Source: Archaeoglobus fulgidus DSM 4304 (lineage in GTDB: Archaea > Halobacteriota > Archaeoglobi > Archaeoglobales > Archaeoglobaceae). From it: a stretch of 32,000 bases of DNA. The DNA is taken from the NCBI RefSeq assembly GCF_000008665.1, contig NC_000917.1, positions 1,290,001-1,322,000 of the forward strand, read 5' to 3'. A program made the position numbers and the translations under genes. Shown here one piece after another: positions 1 through 7,276 of this stretch; positions within the stretch are counted from its first letter, which is position 1, and each line of letters opens with the position of its first letter. A model generated the notes under the pieces. That model saw only the letters and a list, made by a program, of their open reading frames with translations. It was not told the DNA's origin and searched no databases.

Positions 1-57
1 AATGGTAGGGTAAAAATCGCGGACATGTCCACCGGGTCATAATTAAATCATTATCAT

Positions 58-711
58 TTAAAACAATTCTACCGACTTTTCGAGCTCCTTTTCCTGAATG
101 TACCTCTCTACGAGCTTTGAAATCGCAATTTTAAGGTGCTTGTGTGCAGTGCTCTTCGCAACTCCCAGAGCCATCGCGATGTCGTTAATTGTCACATCCC
201 TTTTTTCCGAGAAGTATCCGAGGTCGTAGGCGATTTTTAAAGCCCTCCTCTGCGCCTCTGTTAGGCCTGCTTTCCTCTCTCCTATGCTTTTTATCTCGAT
301 CACCTTCCAGTTTCCAACCTTGTTCAGGTTCTCGTACGCCTTCGGAAGGTAGCTCGTGCTCGGAACTATGATTTCGTAAATCTTGCTTCCGTCTTCAACG
401 AGTATCGGAGTTTTTATAAAGCAGTATGAGCTCTCAAAAGCTTTAATACCTGTTGTATCGCTTACAACTGCGATAAAGCTCGCCTCTATTGGGGTCTTCT
501 CAAGAATCTGAACAAACTTCGTGTTCGGATGTCTCTCAACCTCCTTTATGTAGTCTGTAACATTTTCGGCGTCAACAACTTTAACCAGAAAGAGAGCATC
601 CTCGTCATTCAGGAGTATGTAAGAGATTATTTCAGCCCGTACCGGGCACCTTTTGGTTGCGACAGCAAGGGAGCACCGATGCTGGTCCACCCTGACTTTG
701 AGAAGATACAT
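58..711 (-). CDS. HTH_10 / bacterio-opsin-activator-like transcriptional regulator
   Basis: 217-aa ORF. The C-terminal helix-turn-helix (LTEAQRRALKIAYDLGYF...INDIAMALGVAKSTAHKHLKIAISKL) is typical of archaeal Bat/HTH_10 regulators. Confidence 0.7.
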   Translation of the reverse strand: MYLLKVRVDQHRCSLAVATKRCPVRAEIISYILLNDEDALFLVKVVDAENVTDYIKEVERHPNTKFVQILEKTPIEASFIAVVSDTTGIKAFESSYCFIKTPILVEDGSKIYEIIVPSTSYLPKAYENLNKVGNWKVIEIKSIGERKAGLTEAQRRALKIAYDLGYFSEKRDVTINDIAMALGVAKSTAHKHLKIAISKLVERYIQEKELEKSVELF

Positions 712-751
712 ATATATCGTGATTTTTTCTGCTCATAAACCTTTCTCCAAT

Positions 752-764
752 AAAGTTTAAATAA
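752..764 (+). promoter_or_regulatory. TATA-like box (aaagtttaaataa) upstream of the L40e gene
   Basis: AT-rich box centred about 27 nt upstream of ATG 785, with no Shine-Dalgarno in between. This fits a leaderless archaeal mRNA. Confidence 0.4.
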
Positions 765-784
765 CGCTAAACGCTGCATGAAAC

Positions 785-934
785 ATGGCACGATTCCCGG
801 AGGCGGAAGCAAGGCTTTTCAACGTGAAAATCTGCATGAGATGCAACGCTCGGAACCCAATGAAGGCCAGGGTTTGCAGGAAGTGCGGCTACAAGGGACT
901 GAGGCCGAAATCCAAGGAGAGGAAAGGAAGGTAA
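785..934 (+). CDS. rpl40e: 50S ribosomal protein L40e
   Basis: My own translation gives [49 protein letters not shown] (49 aa, stop TAA 932-934). It has the CxxC...CxxC zinc ribbon and the basic tail characteristic of L40e. The ORF is below the 60-aa cutoff of the supplied track, which instead lists a spurious 96-aa ORF in another frame. Confidence 0.85.
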   Translation: MARFPEAEARLFNVKICMRCNARNPMKARVCRKCGYKGLRPKSKERKGR

Positions 935-1414
935 TTAACTTTCAAATTTTCTTAAGAACCTCGTCATGTTCTTCCAGTGTCCCCCCATCCAGTAGAGCTT
1001 TCTGCACTTCTCGCAGTACCAGAGTTCAAATTCGAGCATGTCTTCGGACAGCTTTTCCCTCTCAATGACCTCCATTGCCTCCTCCCTGCTCGGCTTTCTC
1101 AGCGGAGTGTTGCAGAGGCTGCACCTGTCCATGACAATCTGGAACTTCACACCTCTCTCCATCAGCTCCCTCATCTGCCCCTCTAAGGAGTCAGACCTTA
1201 TCAGAATGGCTTTTCTCCCCTCCTTAACGCTTTTTCTGTAGAGCTCCCTATCCTTGGTGAGCAGAATCCTATCCCTCAAGTTCCTCAGCATGAACTCATC
1301 TTCCTCTTCATCAAATTCAAGCTCGGAAACGCTTACAGTATCGTAGCCTGAGATTCTCAGCCACCGCGTCAGCCTTCCGAGCATTCTGTCGGTCAGAAAC
1401 TTCATCTCCACCAT
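935..1414 (-). CDS. Mut7-C / DUF82 PIN-like ribonuclease-domain protein with C-terminal zinc ribbon
   Basis: The N-terminus KFLTDRMLGRLTRWLRISGYDT matches the Mut7-C signature. The C-terminus has CSLCNTPL...CEKCRKLYWMGGHW. The start could be M1 (1414) or M4 (1405). Confidence 0.7.
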   Translation of the reverse strand: MVEMKFLTDRMLGRLTRWLRISGYDTVSVSELEFDEEEDEFMLRNLRDRILLTKDRELYRKSVKEGRKAILIRSDSLEGQMRELMERGVKFQIVMDRCSLCNTPLRKPSREEAMEVIEREKLSEDMLEFELWYCEKCRKLYWMGGHWKNMTRFLRKFES

Positions 1415-1923
1415 ACCGGATTTTTCCTCTCCATGAGCACTCTGTAAATCTCCTTCGCTGCATCAGTTTTGAGCTCCACGTTCTCGGCAAACCTTATCGC
1501 GTAGCTTACCTGCTGCGAGTACTCTACTCCCTGAAACGCAAGCTCAAGCTTGTCCGCATCGCTAACGTAAACTTCAACGTCCGAAAAATCGGGCTTGGAT
1601 TCCATCCAGGAGAGCTGCTCCTCCCTTGCTCCTTCTTCATCGCAGCTAACGTATCGCCGGGCTATTTTGTGCAAGTCCATCGTCCTCGCCTCGTGCAGGT
1701 CGTGGAAAAGGGCGGCGGTTGCTGCCTTGCAGGCCTTCTCGACGCTCTCACCGCTTTTTAATGCGAGGATGAAGGCTATGATTGCCGCTCTGAAGCTGTG
1801 CTCCGCGACGCTTTCCGGCAGCCTTATACCGAGCTTCAGCCAGCCCGATCTCGGAGTCAGCTTGAGCGAACCAACCTCGTGAATGAACTTAACGACGTCA
1901 TCCATAGGCTTAATAATGCACAT
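1402..1923 (-). CDS. HD-domain metal-dependent phosphohydrolase (YfbR-like 5'-nucleotidase family)
   Basis: Motifs LKLTPRSGW, ESVAEHSF and LFHDLHEARTMD provide the H...HD...D residues. The track start at 1929 is TTG. ATG at 1923 or at 1905 (MDDVVKF) is more likely. Confidence 0.7.
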   Translation of the reverse strand: MCIIKPMDDVVKFIHEVGSLKLTPRSGWLKLGIRLPESVAEHSFRAAIIAFILALKSGESVEKACKAATAALFHDLHEARTMDLHKIARRYVSCDEEGAREEQLSWMESKPDFSDVEVYVSDADKLELAFQGVEYSQQVSYAIRFAENVELKTDAAKEIYRVLMERKNPVWWR

Positions 1924-1937
1924 TGCCAATAAGCTTT

Positions 1938-2483
1938 ATGAAAAAGTGGAGGTTTCTTGGCATCGATGACAGCTTTGACGACAGAAAATGCTGCGTTGTA
2001 GGATGCGTTACCTGTGGCGGTTACGTGGAGGGCTTCCTTTACACTGAAATAGATATAGACGGGCTTGATGCTACGGACAAGCTGATTTCAATGGTGAGAA
2101 GGTCGAAGTTCAGGGAGCAAATCAAGTGCATTTTTCTGCCGGGAATAACGCTTGGTGGCTTCAACCTCGTTGACATTCAGCGGGTTTACAGAGAAACTAA
2201 AATCCCGGTTGTTGTCGTAATGCGCAGAAAGCCCGACATGGAGGAGTTCGATTCCGCAATGAGGAATCTCGAAAATTATGAGCTAAGAAGGAAGATTGTC
2301 GAGGTTGCGGGTGAAATTCACAGAATTGGAGATATTTACATTCAAACCGCTGGCCTGACACCTTCAGAAGCTGAAAAGCTTGTTAAAGCATCTCTGATCA
2401 AGGGAAACATGCCCGAACCCGTTCGAATATCCCATTTAGTAGCATCCGCAATCATACATGGAGAATCCAGAGGGAAAGCGTGA
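1938..2483 (+). CDS. UPF0215/DUF99 family protein (endonuclease-V-like fold)
   Basis: MKKWRFLGIDDSF...GCVTCGG resembles the conserved start of DUF99. ATG 1938 is preferred over the track TTG at 1923. Confidence 0.6.
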   Translation: MKKWRFLGIDDSFDDRKCCVVGCVTCGGYVEGFLYTEIDIDGLDATDKLISMVRRSKFREQIKCIFLPGITLGGFNLVDIQRVYRETKIPVVVVMRRKPDMEEFDSAMRNLENYELRRKIVEVAGEIHRIGDIYIQTAGLTPSEAEKLVKASLIKGNMPEPVRISHLVASAIIHGESRGKA

Positions 2484-2527
2484 ATGTGATTTGCCAAAGT
2501 TTATAAACTTACAGTTGTACTGATGCC

Positions 2528-3127
2528 ATGCAACCAATCGAACTTGCAGAACTGCTCACCAGTCAGGCTGCGGTTCTGACATCTCTGGTTGTTATAGGCC
2601 TGATACTCTGCTTTATCGGATACAAGATTTTCAGAGTTTACTCTGCAGTGATAGGACTTTTTATCGGTCAGCTTGTGGGCATCTACATCACTATAAACTA
2701 CTACGAAAATGCCCTTATAGTTATACTTGCATCGGCTATTGTGGGAGCGTTGCTGTTCGCCCTCATCGATGAGCTTGGGCTTATTGTGACAGGTGCGGCC
2801 TTTGGTTACTTCGTAGGAGTTTATCTTCTCCCGGAGTATCAGGTTTACGCCTTCGTGCTTGCAGCATTGTTCGCGCTGATAAACCTGTTTATTGAGAAGC
2901 CGCTAACTGTGCTGATCACCTCTGTCATCGGTGCCTCAGCGATCGCCTTAGCCGTGCACATGGGGATAACAGGTACACATATTTACGACATTCTGAACGA
3001 CCCAAAGAAGGTCTTTGACGCGATATTCTCAAACGCATACTTTGACCTTCTCTGGTTTACGCTTGTGCTGACCGGAATCATCACACAGTACGTTACTTAC
3101 AAAGAGGAGCGGGAGGAGGAAGAATAA
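2528..3127 (+). CDS. Polytopic membrane protein (5-6 predicted TM helices) with acidic C-terminal tail
   Basis: 199-aa ORF made of successive 20-aa hydrophobic stretches, ending in KEEREEEE. A TATA-like aagtttataaac lies about 25 nt upstream of the ATG. Confidence 0.6.
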   Translation: MQPIELAELLTSQAAVLTSLVVIGLILCFIGYKIFRVYSAVIGLFIGQLVGIYITINYYENALIVILASAIVGALLFALIDELGLIVTGAAFGYFVGVYLLPEYQVYAFVLAALFALINLFIEKPLTVLITSVIGASAIALAVHMGITGTHIYDILNDPKKVFDAIFSNAYFDLLWFTLVLTGIITQYVTYKEEREEEE

Positions 3128-3133
3128 CCTTTT

Positions 3134-4144
3134 TTGCCTGCACTCCAACTAAACTCTGTGATTGAGATAGACGGGAGTTTCGGGGAAGGTGGAGGGCAGA
3201 TACTTAGAACGGCCGTTGCCCTTTCGTGCGTTACAGGAAAGGCTGTGAGGATTAGAAACATCAGGGCCAACCGTCCCAAGCCCGGACTGGCGGCACAGCA
3301 CCTTAAGGGGATTGAGGCGGCGAAAATCATCAGCAATGCCGAGGTGGAGGGGCTTCGCATCGGCTCAACTGAAATCGTTTTCAATCCAGGCAGTGTGAGG
3401 GGAGGAAATTTCAGAGTTGATATTGGGACGGCGGGGAGCGTTACGCTTATCTTCCAGACAGTGCTTCTCCCGCTTCTGTTTGCCGACAGAGATAGCACTC
3501 TCACCGTCACAGGCGGGACGGACGTTGCGTGGGCCCCGCCTGTTGATTACTTCAAAAACGTTACCCTGAGGGCTTTGAGGGAGATGGGGGCTGAGTGCGA
3601 GCTTGAAGTTCTGAAAAGGGGCTACTACCCCAAAGGCGGGGGAATGGTGAGGCTGACGGTAAGGCCAGCGGAGATGAAAGGGGTGGTTTACGAAAGGATT
3701 GACGAAATTGTGAGGGGCGTAAGCCACTGCCAAAACCTTCCAGGGCATGTTGCAGAGAGGCAGGCAAGCTCCGCCAGGAACTTCTTGGAGGAGAGGGGGA
3801 TAAGGGCGGAGATAAGAACAGAGGTGCTTAAGGGGCTATCCACGGGAAGCGGGATAGTTCTGTGGAGCGGATACAAGGGGGGTAGTGCTCTGGGGGAGAG
3901 GGGGAAGAGGGCAGAAGTTGTTGGCCAGGAGGCTGCGGAGAGTCTCTACAGAGAGCTCATGTCGGACGCGGCTTTTGATGCCCACCTCGCCGACCAGGTT
4001 ATGCCCTTTGCGGCGATGGCCAGAGGTAGGACAGAGTACACCACAAGCGAGGTTACAATGCATCAGAAGAGCAACGCTTACGTGATAAACACCTTTTTGG
4101 GGAAGGTTGTGAAGTTTGAGGGGAACAAAATAATAATTAAATAA
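3134..4144 (+). CDS. rtcA: RNA 3'-terminal phosphate cyclase
   Basis: IEIDGSFGEGGGQILRTAVALS matches the RtcA signature, and the length is right. The start is ambiguous: TTG 3134 or in-frame GTG 3158 (VIEIDGS). Confidence 0.85.
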   Translation: MPALQLNSVIEIDGSFGEGGGQILRTAVALSCVTGKAVRIRNIRANRPKPGLAAQHLKGIEAAKIISNAEVEGLRIGSTEIVFNPGSVRGGNFRVDIGTAGSVTLIFQTVLLPLLFADRDSTLTVTGGTDVAWAPPVDYFKNVTLRALREMGAECELEVLKRGYYPKGGGMVRLTVRPAEMKGVVYERIDEIVRGVSHCQNLPGHVAERQASSARNFLEERGIRAEIRTEVLKGLSTGSGIVLWSGYKGGSALGERGKRAEVVGQEAAESLYRELMSDAAFDAHLADQVMPFAAMARGRTEYTTSEVTMHQKSNAYVINTFLGKVVKFEGNKIIIK

Positions 4145-4799
4145 ATCCTTTTTCCTTCCAGAACTCGTAGTCTGCCTTCATCAGGTGTCCGTAGTTCTTT
4201 ATCAGAGTCAAAAGCTGTTTTTGAAGCTCCAAATCCTCATCGCTCGGCTCCATTCTGTATTTGCTCTCAAAAGCCTCGGCGATTTTAGAGCCGAGCTGGG
4301 AAGCCTTCTTCAAGTCCTCATCTCCAACCTCTCCCGGAATCACGCCGAATCCCACTGCGTAGCCAACTGGCACTATCCCCCAAGCCTTTAGCACCCTGTT
4401 CATGTAGCCCGCAACCTCTTCGGGTTTTCCAACTCCTGCATAGACAACGATGCTCCCCCCGTACTTGCCCTTGAGTGTCGGCCTGTGGCCGTAGGGGAGC
4501 ATTCTGTCGATAAAGGTCTTCATCTGTGCTGTTACGTTGAGATAATAAACAGGAGAGGCAAGGATTACAGCATCGCTCTCCTCAACAAGCCTTTTCAACT
4601 CGTCCATGTCGTCTCTCTGCACGCACTCCCCCTTTGCCAGGCATGTGCCGCAACCAGTGCAGTAGTTGATTTTTTTCGAGGAAATGTGCACCTTCTCGAC
4701 CTCAAACCCGCTATTTTCGAGCTCCTTCAGTGCAGCATCGAGCATTTTGGATGCATTTCCGTACTTTCTCGGTGAGCCGAGAATACCGACAGCCTTCAT
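4137..4799 (-). CDS. isf: Iron-sulfur flavoprotein (Isf / NADPH-dependent FMN reductase fold)
   Basis: MKAVGILGSPRKYGN is a flavodoxin-like start. It is followed by the compact cysteine cluster CTGCGTCLAKGEC typical of archaeal Isf proteins. Confidence 0.8.
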   Translation of the reverse strand: MKAVGILGSPRKYGNASKMLDAALKELENSGFEVEKVHISSKKINYCTGCGTCLAKGECVQRDDMDELKRLVEESDAVILASPVYYLNVTAQMKTFIDRMLPYGHRPTLKGKYGGSIVVYAGVGKPEEVAGYMNRVLKAWGIVPVGYAVGFGVIPGEVGDEDLKKASQLGSKIAEAFESKYRMEPSDEDLELQKQLLTLIKNYGHLMKADYEFWKEKGFI

Positions 4800-4807
4800 C
4801 GCACCAC

Positions 4808-5734
4808 CTACCCCAGTTCTCCGGCAAGCCCCCTTAGCCTGACCCTCATCCTCTTCGACTTTTCGAGAACTTCGCCAAAATCGGAGTTCTCCATTATATA
4901 TATTTCGGTTTCGGGAATGCTTACTGCTGAAAGCACTTCAAACGCCCTCTCCTTCCTTTCCATGAACAGCTCAATCACCTTCGCCTCGCTCATGGCGGTT
5001 GGGCTGATTATCGCAACATCCGCATGCTTTAGCGCATACTCGTTGCCGTTGAAGGCTATGGCCACTCCTCCTAAGCCCCTCGCAGCCTCAAACATTTTGT
5101 AGTCTGATATGCTGTCCCCCACGACCACGGGAAAGTCTATGCCTTTCGACTCACAGTAACCCCTCATAATCTTCGCCTTCTCCCCTGCCCCTACCGCTTT
5201 AACGGATTCAACAATTTTTCGAACTTCACTCCTGGAAAAAAGCTCATCGAGTTTTCTGAATAGCTCCTCACCACTTAGCGAGGCTATTACGTCAATGATG
5301 CTCAGAAGCTCCTCTCTTAAGCCCTCTGGAACGGCTATGCTGTCAAAGTCCACCTCTGTACCGTGCAGCTCCCCCCTTACTCCAATCATTGACGCCGTCC
5401 TCCTTAGGTATTGCGTGTAAGAGGTTGAGATGACTACAGGTGTCCACCTTTCCTGCAGCGTGGCCATCGCCTTCTCAGCATCGGGCACGAATTTCGCCGA
5501 AAGCTCAGCAATCCTTTCAACATCTCTGTTTTTCACACCTGCCGCAGCAAGAAACGGCGTGAGGAGCTTGAGAGTGTATCCAGCCTCATATCCCTCTCTC
5601 CTGACCTCGTACGCCAAATAGTCGTCGTACTCGCTGAGGTTGCTGAAAAACCTTGCATTGTTGAACACCGCCATGCAGAGTTCGAGGGCGAAGTCCGTTA
5701 GTATCCATGGCCCCTCCCAGTCTGTGAAGAACAT
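4808..5734 (-). CDS. HAD-superfamily-like protein (resembles energy-converting hydrogenase A subunit R, EhaR)
   Basis: MFFTDWEGPW...YDDYLAYEVRREGYEAGYTLKLLTPFL resembles my recollection of EhaR-type proteins. HAD motif I appears as D-W-E and a late GDSISD motif is present. Confidence 0.5.
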   Translation of the reverse strand: MFFTDWEGPWILTDFALELCMAVFNNARFFSNLSEYDDYLAYEVRREGYEAGYTLKLLTPFLAAAGVKNRDVERIAELSAKFVPDAEKAMATLQERWTPVVISTSYTQYLRRTASMIGVRGELHGTEVDFDSIAVPEGLREELLSIIDVIASLSGEELFRKLDELFSRSEVRKIVESVKAVGAGEKAKIMRGYCESKGIDFPVVVGDSISDYKMFEAARGLGGVAIAFNGNEYALKHADVAIISPTAMSEAKVIELFMERKERAFEVLSAVSIPETEIYIMENSDFGEVLEKSKRMRVRLRGLAGELG

Positions 5735-5755
5735 GCCAAACCTTCGCCTCTGGCT

Positions 5756-6196
5756 TTATGATTGTTTCTCAAAAAACTCCTTTCCGTAAATCCTCTCAAT
5801 CAGCTTAAGAAGGCTCTTTCTGACGTTTTCAACATTAACCTCCCTCCATTTTGGGCAGAAGCGGTCAGCGATGACATCCCTCCCATCGAAAACGGCAGGA
5901 TAGATTCTGCAGCCTTCGGGGCGGTGCTGGTATATTCTGCACCTGTTTTCGGAATCGAGGAAGAAGCATTTTCCGTTTACGTTTCTCAGCCTCACGATTT
6001 CTCCGTCTTTAACCGTGAAATCGCTCCGCGAATAGCCCAAAGCTTCTATCCTTGCAATGTCCTCTTCTGTAAGCGGCATCTCCGTCTCGTAGCAGCATTT
6101 TCCGCAGAAGGAAGAGCCGTCGAAGCAGTTCACAGACACTTCTTCAGAATTTTCGCTATTCCTGTTGAGTACTGAATCGCCTTCTTGTCCCTCCAC
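5756..6196 (-). CDS. YkgJ/UPF0153-family cysteine-cluster (CxxCxxCC) protein
   Basis: CGKCCYETEMPLTEEDIARI...CFFLDSENRCRIYQHRPEGCRIYP matches the family pattern. The track start overlaps the upstream gene by 67 nt. In-frame GTG codons near 6136-6142 would reduce the overlap to about 10 nt. Confidence 0.65.
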   Translation of the reverse strand: MEGQEGDSVLNRNSENSEEVSVNCFDGSSFCGKCCYETEMPLTEEDIARIEALGYSRSDFTVKDGEIVRLRNVNGKCFFLDSENRCRIYQHRPEGCRIYPAVFDGRDVIADRFCPKWREVNVENVRKSLLKLIERIYGKEFFEKQS

Positions 6197-7245
6197 GCTA
6201 TCTCCTCCGGAAGGAATTTCTCGGCAATTTTTCTCAGAATGTACTTCCTGACTACCTTCCCACCCTCCCTTCTGACCTTGTACTCAGGAGGAATTTTCAG
6301 GGCCGCATCAATTACATCCCAGCACAAGTAAGGCGTTACCAGCTTGATCTCGTTCTTGTAAGCCAGCTTGCAATCCCTCACGAGATTTGACTCACCAATG
6401 GACTTCAAGTCCTTCACCAAGGCGTCCTCAAGCTCGTGCTCACTCAGACCCTCGTACCTTTTGTACCCACCAAAAAGCTCGTCCGCTCCCTGACCGAAAA
6501 TGATCTCCGTGAAGCCAAGGGATTTGGCGAACTGCATGGTTAGGTAAACCGGAACGGCTATGGAAAGCTGCAGAAAATCGCCCGTCTCTATTGTTTTTCT
6601 CACCGTATCCACAACTTCCCTTATCGCACTCTCTCCCACCTTCAGTATTTCAATCTCCTTTCCGAGCATTCTTGCGGCGGTTTTAAGCCACTCCTCCTCT
6701 GCATCGCTTGCTGTTACAGAAACGAGTGGGGCATCGTAAAGAGCGGCGAGCAGGGATGAATCAACCCCTCCAGAAAAGGCTATGCACCCAACTCTCGGCT
6801 TGTAGCTGCTAAGGGAGTTCAGAATTCTGTCTGCCATTTCGTTAACGTCTTCCCGGCCAACTCTGAAGACGTCCTCGAAGGCATACTTTCTCCTTTCCAG
6901 AATTTCGCCGGTATAGTCCATCTTGACCACTTCTCCCGGCATCACCTCGTAAACCTCTCCGTCAATGTAGGATTTGAAGGACGAAATGCTCATGTCGCTG
7001 CCGTAGTAGAGGGGCCTCCCGCCGAGCACGTCTCTGGAAAGAAAAATGTGGGACGGGCGGAAGGCAACAACTGAGTAAAAATTTCTGATTTTAAGAGGCA
7101 TCTCGTCCGCATACTTCAGATTCGGAACCTCTTCCGAGTCGAAGAAGACGTTTCCCTCCTGCCTTGATGGATATCTTGCACTTGCGTAAATTCTGCTCGC
7201 TCTTCTGCTTTCTCCGTCGAACTCGGGGAATGCGTATATCGCCAC
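6130..7245 (-). CDS. Asparagine-synthetase-like PP-loop adenylating enzyme lacking the N-terminal catalytic Cys
   Basis: A PP-loop (AFSGGVDSSLLAAL) is followed by an AsnB C-terminal-domain-like sequence (FGQGADELFGGY). The GTG start gives MAIYAF, and an in-frame TGA lies 4 codons upstream, so no Cys2 nucleophile is possible. Confidence 0.7.
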   Translation of the reverse strand: MAIYAFPEFDGESRRASRIYASARYPSRQEGNVFFDSEEVPNLKYADEMPLKIRNFYSVVAFRPSHIFLSRDVLGGRPLYYGSDMSISSFKSYIDGEVYEVMPGEVVKMDYTGEILERRKYAFEDVFRVGREDVNEMADRILNSLSSYKPRVGCIAFSGGVDSSLLAALYDAPLVSVTASDAEEEWLKTAARMLGKEIEILKVGESAIREVVDTVRKTIETGDFLQLSIAVPVYLTMQFAKSLGFTEIIFGQGADELFGGYKRYEGLSEHELEDALVKDLKSIGESNLVRDCKLAYKNEIKLVTPYLCWDVIDAALKIPPEYKVRREGGKVVRKYILRKIAEKFLPEEIAWRDKKAIQYSTGIAKILKKCL

Positions 7246-7276
7246 GGATACCCTTCAACTATGAGTTATTAAAAAA

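Noticed and set aside
778-1068. The 96-aa plus-strand ORF from the track.
   Set aside because: It is in the wrong frame. The real gene in this spot is the 49-aa L40e ORF at 785-934, and the rest of the 96-aa ORF is antisense to the Mut7-C gene.
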